Assembly: GCA_020636505.1 (NCBI GenBank)
Contig: JACJXR010000009.1
Location: 4,228 to 68,227 of the forward strand
Origin: Chitinophagales bacterium
GTDB taxonomy: Bacteria; Bacteroidota; Bacteroidia; Chitinophagales; Chitinophagaceae
Reading direction: 5' to 3'
DNA length: 64,000 bases
Part shown: positions 17,731 through 27,295 of the stretch, in pieces
How the letters are laid out: each line of letters opens with the position of its first letter
Numbering within the stretch: the first letter of the stretch is position 1
Program-made: the position numbers and the translations under genes
The notes under the pieces: generated by a model
The model's input: only the letters and a program-made list of their open reading frames with translations
What the model was told of the DNA's origin: nothing
Database searches by the model: none

Positions 17731-20700
17731 ATGCTTAACAGAGTCATACATTATTTTCTGCATAACAAACTGGTAACGGTATTGGTATTAGTGCTGTTTG
17801 TAGCATGGGGCGTGGTAACTGCTCCCTTTGGATGGAAAGTAGGTGCACTACCATCAGACCCTGTTCCTGTAGATGCGATACCTGATATTGGCGAAAACCA
17901 ACAAATAGTTTTTACTAAATGGCCGGGACGCTCGCCCCAGGATATAGAAGACCAGATCACATACCCGCTAACAACCTCTTTGTTGGGTATCCCGGGGGTG
18001 AAGTCAATACGTAGCTCCTCTATGTTTGGGTTTAGCAGTATCTACATCATTTTTGATGAAGATATAGAGTTCTATTGGTCACGTTCCCGCATATTGGAAA
18101 AGCTCAATTCTCTGCCATCAGGTTTATTGCCCGATGCAGTGCAGCCTTCCTTAGGTCCTGATGCCACAGCTCTAGGGCAGGTATATTGGTACACATTGGA
18201 AGGGAGAGACAAAGACGGCAATCCTACTGGCGGTTGGGATTTACATGAACTTCGAACTGTACAGGATTTTTATGTAAAGTATGCACTTAATGGTGCTGAA
18301 GGAGTATCAGAAGTAGCTTCAATTGGTGGCTACGTACAGGAATATCAGGTGGATGTTAATCCTGATGCATTGAAGGCTTATAACATACCGTTGCACAAAG
18401 TGATGTTAGCGGTTAAAAACTCGAACAAGGATGTAGGTGCTAAAACAATAGAAATTAACAGAGCTGAATATCTCGTACGAGGCTTGGGGTATATCAAATC
18501 TATCGAAGACCTTGAATTGGCAGTTGTTGACGTACACGATAATGTGCCGATACGTATAAAAGATATTGGTGTTGTAACTACTGGCCCTGCTACTCGCAGA
18601 GGGTTGTTGGATAAAGAAGGTGCTGAAGTAGTTGGCGGTGTTGTGGTTACTCGTTACGGTGCAAATCCTTTGGAAGTCATCAACAACGTAAAAGATAAGA
18701 TTCAGGAAATAGCTCCGGGATTACCTAAGAAAACAATTGCAGATGGACGGGAAAGCCAATTGACTATTGTCCCTTTTTATGACCGAACACAATTGATCTA
18801 TGAGACTTTGGGCACGTTAGAGGAAGCATTATCTCTTGAGTTACTGATTACTATTCTAGTTGTTGTGATTATGGTGCTGAACCTGAGAGCTTCAATAATA
18901 ATTTCCAGTTTATTGCCATTAGCTGTGTTGATGGTTTTCATCGCAATGCGGTATTTCGGTGTAGACGCAAATATAGTTGCCCTGTCAGGAATAGCTATAG
19001 CTATTGGAACAATGGTTGACCTGGGAATAGTTTTATCTGAGAATGTCATCAAGCATATTAAAGAATCTTCCCAAGGACAAAAGCTGATTGATACAGTCTA
19101 TAACGCATCTGCTGAAGTAAGTGGTGCAATAGTAACAGCCGTAACTACAACTATTGTGAGCTTCATACCTGTATTCACCATGCAAGGTGCTGAAGGTAAG
19201 CTCTTCCGTCCGTTGGCTTTTACTAAGACATTTGCTTTGTTAGCTTCATTAGTAGTCGCATTATTGATATTGCCAACTATTGCACACTGGTTGTTTGGCG
19301 TTAAGCTTGATAAAGGTAAGCGCAGTAAAGCATTTAATATTATTCTGATTGTAGCAGGGTTGTTATCATTCATTTTTGTAAATGCTTGGGCTGGTTTAAC
19401 CTTAATAGCTTTTGGTATAGGTTGGTTTGTAACGGAATACAGCAAAAAGGATAATTTCTTAACCCGAAACCTGCCTATCATCATTACAGTAGTATCAGTA
19501 ACGTGGATATTGGCTCGGTACTGGATGCCATTAGGTGCAGGAAGGTCGTTATTCGTCAATTATATATTCGTCGCAGGCATCGTCGTTCTAATACTCTTGT
19601 TCTTTTATCTGCTTGAAAGGTATTATGAACGTATACTGAGTTGGTGTCTTGCTAATAAGCGAAAGTTCTTGATGATACCTGCTGTACTCATGTTCTTTGC
19701 ATTAAATATCTGGGTAGGTTTTAATGCAATGTTTGGTTTTGTAGCCAAAGGCTTTGATGCTGTTAATGTTAATATCAGAGCGACTAAAGTGTGGTCGGGT
19801 CTGTCTCATACCTTCCCCGGCATTGGTAAAGAGTTTATGCCTTCACTGGATGAAGGCAGTTTCTTGTTAATGCCAACATCCATGCCTCATGCTGGTATTG
19901 AGCAGAACAAGCAGGTTGTACAGCAACTTGATATGTTGGTGGCTAATATTCCCGAAGTAGATCAGGTAGTCGGTAAAATGGGACGAGCAGAGTCAGCTTT
20001 AGATCCTGCACCTATATCCATGTATGAGAATATCATTAACTACAAACCTGAATACATGATTAATGCCAAAGGGCATCGTGTCAGATATCAAACAGACGAT
20101 GAGGATAGGTTTGTATTGGTTAATGGAGATACTTTAAGCAATGAAGATGCTATAAAACAAGGTGTAAAGCAGTCGATGCTAATTGAAGATGAAAACGGAC
20201 AATACTTCAGAAATTGGCGAAGCCACATACATTCTCCTGACGATATATGGAATGAGATAACACAGGTGAGTCATATTCCCGGCATGACATCTGCACCTAA
20301 ACTACAACCAATAGAGACAAGGCTAGTGATGTTGCAGACAGGTATGCGTGCTCCTATGGGGATTAAAGTATATGGGCCTGATCTGGAAACAATAGAAGAC
20401 TTCGGATTGAAGTTGGAAGAAATACTAAAACAAGTGCCATCTGTAAAGAAAGAAGCTGTATTTGCAGACCGTATAGTGGGTAAGCCTTACATGCATTTGG
20501 ATATAGATAGAAATGCAATAGCTCGTTACGGATTAAGTGTAGAAGAAGTGCAACGTTCTATTGAGACTGCTATTGGCGGTATGCAAATTACCTCAACAGT
20601 TGAGGGAAGAGAACGGTATCCTGTTCGTGTACGTTACCCTCGTGAGTTAAGAGATGATCCAGAAAGTTTATCACAGATACTGATACCCACACCAACAGGT

Positions 20701-21525
20701 GTACAGATACCTTTAGGCGACCTTGTGGAAATTGAATACGTAAGAGGCCCGCAAGTCATCAAGAGTGAGGAGACATTTCTTACAGGCTATGTATTGTTCG
20801 ACAAAAAAGACGGTCAGGCAGAAGTGAATGTTGTAGAAGATGCACAGCGAGTGATACAGCAAAAGATAGATGAAGGTGCGTTAATAGTACCAGCAGGTGT
20901 CAATTACAAGTTCTCAGGTAGTTATGAGAATCAGGTTCGTGCTGAAAAAAGGCTGTCTGTTATTGTTCCATTGGTGCTGCTTATCATATTCCTGATACTG
21001 TATTTCCAGTTCCGCTCTGTGAGTACATCGCTAATGATATTTACGGGTATAGCTATGGCGTTTAGCGGAGCATTCCTGATGCTATGGTTATATGGTCAAA
21101 ACTGGTTTGTTGACTTCTCTATTTTCGGTACTAATATGCGTGACCTTTTCCAGATGCACACGGTTAACTTAAGTGTTGCAGTATGGGTAGGTTTTATAGC
21201 ACTTTTCGGCATTGCTACAGATGACGGTGTGCTCATGGGTACTTATCTCGACCAAAGTTTCAAGAATAATAGAACTAATACAGTAGCGGAAATAAGAGCA
21301 GCTGTTACAAAAGCAGGATTAAGGAGGATAAAACCTGCGATCATGACCACTGCAACAACCATCATTGCATTGTTGCCGGTACTTACATCCACAGGGCGTG
21401 GCGCAGATATTATGGTACCGATGGCTATACCTGCTTTTGGTGGCATGATCATCGCATGTGTTAGTTATTTCATTGTCCCTGTTTTGTATAGCTACAGGGA
21501 AGAACGAAAACTTAAAACAAAGTAA
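17731..21525 (+). CDS. CusA/CzcA-family heavy-metal efflux RND transporter (enlarged, 1264 aa)
   Basis: N-terminus MLNRVIHYFLHNKLVTVLVLV..., then PDIGENQQIVFTKWPGRSPQDIEDQITYPL and the EFMPSLDEGSFLLMP second-half start. Overall a 12-TM RND layout. Confidence 0.9.
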   Translation: MLNRVIHYFLHNKLVTVLVLVLFVAWGVVTAPFGWKVGALPSDPVPVDAIPDIGENQQIVFTKWPGRSPQDIEDQITYPLTTSLLGIPGVKSIRSSSMFGFSSIYIIFDEDIEFYWSRSRILEKLNSLPSGLLPDAVQPSLGPDATALGQVYWYTLEGRDKDGNPTGGWDLHELRTVQDFYVKYALNGAEGVSEVASIGGYVQEYQVDVNPDALKAYNIPLHKVMLAVKNSNKDVGAKTIEINRAEYLVRGLGYIKSIEDLELAVVDVHDNVPIRIKDIGVVTTGPATRRGLLDKEGAEVVGGVVVTRYGANPLEVINNVKDKIQEIAPGLPKKTIADGRESQLTIVPFYDRTQLIYETLGTLEEALSLELLITILVVVIMVLNLRASIIISSLLPLAVLMVFIAMRYFGVDANIVALSGIAIAIGTMVDLGIVLSENVIKHIKESSQGQKLIDTVYNASAEVSGAIVTAVTTTIVSFIPVFTMQGAEGKLFRPLAFTKTFALLASLVVALLILPTIAHWLFGVKLDKGKRSKAFNIILIVAGLLSFIFVNAWAGLTLIAFGIGWFVTEYSKKDNFLTRNLPIIITVVSVTWILARYWMPLGAGRSLFVNYIFVAGIVVLILLFFYLLERYYERILSWCLANKRKFLMIPAVLMFFALNIWVGFNAMFGFVAKGFDAVNVNIRATKVWSGLSHTFPGIGKEFMPSLDEGSFLLMPTSMPHAGIEQNKQVVQQLDMLVANIPEVDQVVGKMGRAESALDPAPISMYENIINYKPEYMINAKGHRVRYQTDDEDRFVLVNGDTLSNEDAIKQGVKQSMLIEDENGQYFRNWRSHIHSPDDIWNEITQVSHIPGMTSAPKLQPIETRLVMLQTGMRAPMGIKVYGPDLETIEDFGLKLEEILKQVPSVKKEAVFADRIVGKPYMHLDIDRNAIARYGLSVEEVQRSIETAIGGMQITSTVEGRERYPVRVRYPRELRDDPESLSQILIPTPTGVQIPLGDLVEIEYVRGPQVIKSEETFLTGYVLFDKKDGQAEVNVVEDAQRVIQQKIDEGALIVPAGVNYKFSGSYENQVRAEKRLSVIVPLVLLIIFLILYFQFRSVSTSLMIFTGIAMAFSGAFLMLWLYGQNWFVDFSIFGTNMRDLFQMHTVNLSVAVWVGFIALFGIATDDGVLMGTYLDQSFKNNRTNTVAEIRAAVTKAGLRRIKPAIMTTATTIIALLPVLTSTGRGADIMVPMAIPAFGGMIIACVSYFIVPVLYSYREERKLKTK

Positions 21526-21527
21526 TA

Positions 21528-22766
21528 ATGAAGTGGTACATATATAGCGTAATAGTATTGCTTTTAATAGGAGTACAGCTTGACGTTAAAGCACAAATGT
21601 CGGAACAGTATTTACTAGAAGCTGCAGCAAATAATCCTATGCTGAAAGCAAAGTATGCTGAGTTTGAAGCTGCTATGCAAAGAGCCGCACGTTCCAATGC
21701 ATTACCTGACCCTACGTTGTCTTTTGGATATTTTATTATGCCTGTTGAAACTAGGGTTGGACCTCAAAGAGCAAGATTCAGCCTTTCGCAGATGTTTCCG
21801 TGGTTTGGAACATTAGCTGCTAAAAAAGATATGATGACCTTACAGGCAGAGGCTAAATATCAAGAATTTTTAGATGCTCGTAATGAAGTATACTACGAAG
21901 TGAAAAAGGCATGGTACCCTTTATATGAAAACAAGCAGACGTTACAACTGCAAGAAGAGAACATAGAAATATTAAGAACTTATAAAAGGTTAGCGACAAC
22001 CGCTTTTAAGAATGGTAAAGGAAGCCTGTCTGATGCACTACGTACAGACATTATGATAGACATGGCTGCAACAGAGATACAATTATTGCAACAGGAGCAA
22101 ACTCCTTTACTGGTACGTTTCAATTCAATACTTAATCGCCCTGAAACAGCAGTTGTCAATATCCTAGACTCTTTGCCTGACCCAAGTATTGACATGAGCT
22201 ACCGTAAGGACAGCTTATTACAAAGAAACCCCGTCTTGAATGCATTAGACCTTAGACTACAATCAGTTCAAGTAGAGGAGAAGTTGGCAAAGAAACAAGG
22301 TTTGCCAAAGTTTGGAGTGGGTTTGGACTACGTAATTGTTGGTCAACGAAATGATGTAACAATTCCTGATAACGGTAATGATGTTCTGATGCCTATGGTA
22401 AGTATGAGCCTGCCCATATTCAGAGGGAAATACAGGTCTGCTGTAAAGGAGGCACAATATATGCAAGATGCTATATCAGCTAAAAAAGAAGCATTCACAA
22501 ACGAACTGAACAGTAAATATGCAACTGCAGAATATCAATTGAGTGAATCATACGAGCTAATAAAGCTCTATGATCAACAGATAGTAACTACGAAACAAGT
22601 AACAGACCTGCTGCTGACAGACTACAGTAATTCAGGAAAAGACTATGAAGAAGTGTTGCGTATGCAACAGCAATTGTTGAAATACAAGATCGCTAAAGTA
22701 AATGCTCTAAAAGATTATTACACAGTATTGGCACAACTCGATTATATAACATCGAAATCCGAGTAA
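21528..22766 (+). CDS. TolC-family outer-membrane efflux protein
   Basis: 412 aa with a signal peptide. The helical/beta-repeat character is typical of OMF proteins. It starts 2 nt after the RND gene's stop. Confidence 0.8.
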   Translation: MKWYIYSVIVLLLIGVQLDVKAQMSEQYLLEAAANNPMLKAKYAEFEAAMQRAARSNALPDPTLSFGYFIMPVETRVGPQRARFSLSQMFPWFGTLAAKKDMMTLQAEAKYQEFLDARNEVYYEVKKAWYPLYENKQTLQLQEENIEILRTYKRLATTAFKNGKGSLSDALRTDIMIDMAATEIQLLQQEQTPLLVRFNSILNRPETAVVNILDSLPDPSIDMSYRKDSLLQRNPVLNALDLRLQSVQVEEKLAKKQGLPKFGVGLDYVIVGQRNDVTIPDNGNDVLMPMVSMSLPIFRGKYRSAVKEAQYMQDAISAKKEAFTNELNSKYATAEYQLSESYELIKLYDQQIVTTKQVTDLLLTDYSNSGKDYEEVLRMQQQLLKYKIAKVNALKDYYTVLAQLDYITSKSE

Positions 22767-22767
22767 A

Positions 22768-24528
22768 ATGAAAAAGCTAAATAAAACAACATTATATATC
22801 GCATTAGGTACACTTGTTATAGGTGTACTATTAGGTGCATTATTCTTTGGCGGTAATAATAAGTCTTCACAGGATACTACCGCACAAGAAGCAGAGCAGA
22901 CTATTTGGACCTGCACCATGCACCCGCAAATCAGGAAAACAGAACCGGGGTTATGTCCTATATGTGGTATGGAACTGGTGCCTCTAAATACAGACGGTGC
23001 AGATGTCGGGCCATCAGAAGTTCGTATGACACCAACAGCTATGCAACTTGCTAATGTGCAGACGTCTGTTGTAAAAAGGCAGAAGCCTGTAAAAGAGATA
23101 AGAATGAATGGCAAGGTAAAGCCTGATGAAAGAAAGCTATTCTCACAAGTGTCGCATATACCCGGCAGGTTGGAACAGTTGCTGGTCGATTTTACAGGAG
23201 AATATGTTTCCTCAGGGCAAACAGTAGCCTACATCTACTCACCTGAATTGGTAACAGCTCAGGATGAACTTTTAGAAGCCTACAAAATAAAAGAAACACA
23301 ACCCGAGCTCTACAATGCTGCAAGAGAAAAATTAAAAAACTGGAAGCTGAGTGAAAAACAGATAGACAATATCATTAGTACCGGAAAGCTACAAGAACGG
23401 TTTCCTGTTATAGCAGATAAGTCAGGCATAGTTAGCAACAAGAAAGTAAATACAGGTGACTATGTAACGAGAGGACAAGCACTATTTGAAATTGCCAACC
23501 TGAATACAGTATGGATAATGTTTGATGTGTATGAACAAGACCTTACATGGGTAAACAAAGGCGATGTGGTCAAGTTTACGGTACAATCACTCCCAGGTAG
23601 GGTCTTTAAAAGTAAAGTAGATTTTATTGACCCGGTGATTGACCCTGCCAGACGAGTTGCAAGTGCAAGAGTACAAGTCTCAAATCAAAGTAATCAGCTT
23701 AAGCCTGAAATGTTTGCTACAGGAGTCATCGAAACGCCACTTAAAAAGCAGAATGAGGCATTAGTTATCCCTAAATCAGCAGTCATGTGGACAGGGGAAC
23801 GTTCAATAGTATATGTACAAGAACCATCTGCAGGAAGTGGGCGCAATTTTATGCTGCGAGAAGTAGTGCTAGGCCCAATGTTAGGAGATAGTTATGTGGT
23901 AAAAGAAGGTCTTGAGGAAGGAGAAGAGATAGTTACCAATGGTACGTTTAGTGTAGATGCGGCAGCACAACTGGCTGGTAAGCCTAGCATGATGAACCCG
24001 GAAGGAGGCGCAATGTCGATGGGGCATAATCACGGGGATATGAATAATAATGCTACAGAAGATGTTGGTAGAAAGAATATAAACGATTTAGAGCAGGCAA
24101 CTATTTACCAACTTGTACAACAATACGAACTTTTGAAAGATGCTCTTGTGGATGATGACTTCAATAAAAGTAAGCAACTTGCTAAAAGTTTTTATAAAGC
24201 AATGAAGCAGACGGATATGAGCAACTTCAGTGGGGCAGAACATATAATTTGGATGCAACACAGTAGTAATGCATTGAATGCACTTGAACAGATGAAAGAA
24301 GCAAAAAATATCGGTGAGATAAGGCGTTATCTAAAGCCATTATCTGGACAGATTATCACAATAGCCAGGCACTTTGCACCATTCAAAAAATCTCTTTATG
24401 TGATGCGATGTCCAATGGCTGATAAAAACAAAGGGGCTGATTGGATAAGTTTTGAAGGAGAAGTGAAAAACCCATACTATGGTGCAGAAATGCTTACATG
24501 CGGGTCTGTAATAGATACAATTCAATAA
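22768..24528 (+). CDS. Efflux RND periplasmic adaptor (CusB/CzcB-like) with N-terminal metal-binding zinc-ribbon-like module and C-terminal DUF3347 module
   Basis: TM anchor, then WTCTMHPQIRKTEPGLCPICGMELVP. The membrane-fusion core includes YIYSPELVTAQDELL and NTVWIMFDVYEQD. The C-terminus reads RCPMADKNKGADWISFEGEVKNPYYGAEMLTCGSV. Confidence 0.85.
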   Translation: MKKLNKTTLYIALGTLVIGVLLGALFFGGNNKSSQDTTAQEAEQTIWTCTMHPQIRKTEPGLCPICGMELVPLNTDGADVGPSEVRMTPTAMQLANVQTSVVKRQKPVKEIRMNGKVKPDERKLFSQVSHIPGRLEQLLVDFTGEYVSSGQTVAYIYSPELVTAQDELLEAYKIKETQPELYNAAREKLKNWKLSEKQIDNIISTGKLQERFPVIADKSGIVSNKKVNTGDYVTRGQALFEIANLNTVWIMFDVYEQDLTWVNKGDVVKFTVQSLPGRVFKSKVDFIDPVIDPARRVASARVQVSNQSNQLKPEMFATGVIETPLKKQNEALVIPKSAVMWTGERSIVYVQEPSAGSGRNFMLREVVLGPMLGDSYVVKEGLEEGEEIVTNGTFSVDAAAQLAGKPSMMNPEGGAMSMGHNHGDMNNNATEDVGRKNINDLEQATIYQLVQQYELLKDALVDDDFNKSKQLAKSFYKAMKQTDMSNFSGAEHIIWMQHSSNALNALEQMKEAKNIGEIRRYLKPLSGQIITIARHFAPFKKSLYVMRCPMADKNKGADWISFEGEVKNPYYGAEMLTCGSVIDTIQ

Positions 24529-24546
24529 TACTTAAAATGGTTTGTC

Positions 24547-26571
24547 ATGGAACACAATCATCATAAACATCACGAACACCACCATAATCACAAAAATGCA
24601 CATGCTGGTCATGAACATAGTGGACAAGGGCATCATGGTCATGATCATAATGCCATGATAGCTGATTTTAGAAAGCGTTTTTACATCGTATTGGTATTGA
24701 CTATTCCAACTATGTTGCTTTCTCCGATGATACAGCATTGGATGGGTGTTGAATGGTCTTTTACAGGTAGTGAATACCTTTTATTCGCTTTGTCATCCGT
24801 CATATTTGTGTATGGTGGCTGGCCATTCCTTTCAGGTCTTGTAAATGAACTCAAAAGTAAGAGCCCGGGAATGATGACATTGATAGGTTTTGCTATCTCT
24901 GTAGCATTTATTTACAGCAGTGCCACTGTGTTTGGACTTGAAGGTTCTGATTTTTTTTGGGAACTGGCAACTCTAATACTCATTATGCTATTAGGACACT
25001 GGATAGAGATGAAATCAGTAGCAGGTGCGTCCAAGGAATTAGAAATGCTGGTCAAGCTAATGCCATCTGAAGCACATTTAGTAAAAGGAGATACTACAGA
25101 AGAAGTGAAAACAGATAGCCTGCAGCCGGGTGATGTTATATTAATTAAGCCAGGTGAAAAAATTGCAGCAGACGGGATAATCAAAGATGGTAGTTCTCAT
25201 ATTAATGAATCGATGCTGACAGGTGAATCAAAACCTGTATCGAAAGAAAAAGGAGACAAAGTAATAGCAGGTTCCATCAATGGTAACGGAGCTATAAAGG
25301 TTGAAGTCTCTCATGGAACTAAAGACTCATATTTGTCACAGGTTATAAAGCTTGTTAGTGATGCCCAAAAGAGCAAATCAAAAACACAATTAATGGCAGA
25401 TACTGCCGCAAATTGGTTGACCATTATAGCTATAGTGTCTGGTATTACTACTTTTTTGGCGTGGTACTTATCAGGTCATGATCTTGCATACTCGATGGAG
25501 CGAATGGTAACAGTAATTATTATCTGTTGTCCTCATGCGCTTGGGCTTGCAGTGCCTTTAGTTGTCGCACGTTCAACAACTATTTCGGCTAAGAATGGTC
25601 TTTTGATAAAAAACAGAACCTCATTTGAGAATTCAAGAAAAGTAACAACTGTTGTCTTTGACAAAACAGGGACACTGACAATTGGAGAGTTTAAAGTTGT
25701 TCGTTTTAAAGCGTATACAGATTCGTATTCTGATGATGAGGTATTGGCGTTAGCCGCAGCAATAGAAGGCAGCTCAGAGCATCCTATTGCGGTAGGTATC
25801 GTTAATAAGGCAAAAGAGAAAGGATTACCTGTTCCTAAAGTGCAAGATGTTGAAGCTATTACAGGAAAGGGTATTTCAGCTAAATATGACAATAAAGAAG
25901 TACACATAGTTAGTCCAGGCTACCTCAAAGAAAAAAATATTACAATACCTGAACAGCAAGATGATGCTACTACACAGGTCTATATCCTTATTGATAATGA
26001 ACTTGCAGGAACTATAGCATTAGCGGATGAAATAAGAGAAGAGTCATATGAGGCGATTGATGAATTGAAGAAAGAAGGCGTAAAAAGCATGTTGTTAACA
26101 GGTGATAACGGTAAAGTCGCAAAGGCTGTAGCTGATAAATTGGGTATGGAAGATTTTATTGCAGAAGTTTTACCACACCAGAAGTTGGAACATATAAAAG
26201 ACTTGCAGGGTAAAGGAGAATTTGTAGCCATGACAGGTGATGGTATCAATGACGCTCCTGCATTAGCACAGGCAGATATAGGAATTGCGATAGGGTCAGG
26301 ATCTGATATTGCTGCTGAAACAGCAGGGATAGTGTTAGTGAACAGCAATCCTAAAGACGTGACCGGGTTAATTAAGTTTGGTAAAGCTACTTACAGGAAA
26401 ATGATACAAAACCTGATATGGGCAACAGGATATAATGTGATAGCTATGCCGGTAGCGGCAGGTGTGCTTTATAGTTGGGGTCTTATTCTCAGCCCAGCTG
26501 TAGGTGCTGTTTTAATGACTGTGAGTACAGTGGTAGTTGCTATTAATGCAAGTTTGTTGAAGGTGAGGTAG
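24547..26571 (+). CDS. copB: Heavy-metal (copper) P1B-type ATPase, CopB-like (CPH motif, His-rich N-terminus)
   Basis: 16 His in the first 37 aa. Motifs are TGESKPV, CCPHALGLAVP (CPH), FDKTGTLT and MTGDGINDAPAL. Confidence 0.85.
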   Translation: MEHNHHKHHEHHHNHKNAHAGHEHSGQGHHGHDHNAMIADFRKRFYIVLVLTIPTMLLSPMIQHWMGVEWSFTGSEYLLFALSSVIFVYGGWPFLSGLVNELKSKSPGMMTLIGFAISVAFIYSSATVFGLEGSDFFWELATLILIMLLGHWIEMKSVAGASKELEMLVKLMPSEAHLVKGDTTEEVKTDSLQPGDVILIKPGEKIAADGIIKDGSSHINESMLTGESKPVSKEKGDKVIAGSINGNGAIKVEVSHGTKDSYLSQVIKLVSDAQKSKSKTQLMADTAANWLTIIAIVSGITTFLAWYLSGHDLAYSMERMVTVIIICCPHALGLAVPLVVARSTTISAKNGLLIKNRTSFENSRKVTTVVFDKTGTLTIGEFKVVRFKAYTDSYSDDEVLALAAAIEGSSEHPIAVGIVNKAKEKGLPVPKVQDVEAITGKGISAKYDNKEVHIVSPGYLKEKNITIPEQQDDATTQVYILIDNELAGTIALADEIREESYEAIDELKKEGVKSMLLTGDNGKVAKAVADKLGMEDFIAEVLPHQKLEHIKDLQGKGEFVAMTGDGINDAPALAQADIGIAIGSGSDIAAETAGIVLVNSNPKDVTGLIKFGKATYRKMIQNLIWATGYNVIAMPVAAGVLYSWGLILSPAVGAVLMTVSTVVVAINASLLKVR

Positions 26572-26704
26572 CAATTCAATTTTACTTTGCATAGCTCTGA
26601 GAATATATTATTCAGTTCATTCCACCTGCAGCAACCTTACGTTTTCATCAATGTTGATTATAACCTTCACTGTATATGATTAATCAACTAATCAATCCTG
26701 TTCT

Positions 26705-26730
26705 ATGTAAGAGTACAATAACGCTATATA
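26705..26730 (+). repeat. Iteron-like motif pair, copy 1 (ATGTAAGAGTACA + AATAACGCTATATA)
   Basis: AATAACGCTATATA at 26717-26730 recurs exactly at 26863-26876. ATGTAAG(A/G)GTA recurs at 26879. Confidence 0.5.
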
Positions 26731-26862
26731 ATCCCAATATATATAAACTGAAAGCTGCTGTTAGCGTATAACTATAACTGTTTTACAATTAATAGTATGC
26801 TATTGCTATTTAAGCCTCGCCCTAGGGTAAGTTTATTATATCTGTTAATCTTGTAGAGAATT

Positions 26863-26892
26863 AATAACGCTATATATTATGTAAGGGTAACA
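26863..26892 (+). repeat. Iteron-like motif pair, copy 2 (AATAACGCTATATA + ATGTAAGGGTAACA)
   Basis: The same two half-motifs as at 26705-26730, in swapped order, 146 bp downstream. Confidence 0.5.
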
Positions 26893-27084
26893 AGTATTTC
26901 AAAAGGTAAAAAGAGGTGAAAATACTATGTATCTGCCACCTTTGCTTTATTACTTCGATATACTATGGCATGACTAATTATTTTCAGTTAAGCATTCTAA
27001 AGTCATTAAGCATATTCAATTATAACCTCAGGATAAACCCCGGCTATCCCTTATATTTGCATTACTGCATCACCAAAAGCAGTA

Positions 27085-27210
27085 CGAGAACATAGAAACT
27101 TAGAAAGAAACGTATCAGCAAGAGAAAGAAAGAAAGAAGAAGTAGCAGAACATTCCACAGAAGAAGAAACACTAGAGAAGAATCACATAAAAAAATCAAG
27201 CCGAAGAAAA
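27085..27210 (+). other. ~125-bp strongly purine-rich (A/G) tract on the + strand
   Basis: Reads ...GAGAACATAGAAACTTAGAAAGAAACG..AGAGAAAGAAAGAAAGAAGAAGTAGCAGAA..CAGAAGAAGAAAC..AGAGAAGAA..AAAAAATCAAGCCGAAGAAAA. It contains no ORF of 60 aa or more. Confidence 0.7.
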
Positions 27211-27295
27211 TTTCCTAACACCTCAATCACAGTTCGACTGTGCATTTTTATGAATTTAAACATGGATTACCTGTGGTTGACAACACAGATAACAA

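Noticed and set aside
18798-26348. Minus-strand ORFs inside the RND pump and the P-type ATPase (18798-19052, 19098-19559, 24912-25184, 25533-25907, 25980-26348) and ORF 24532-24738
   Set aside because: They are antisense shadows of long, motif-rich genes. ORF 24532-24738 mirrors the His-codon-rich start of copB.
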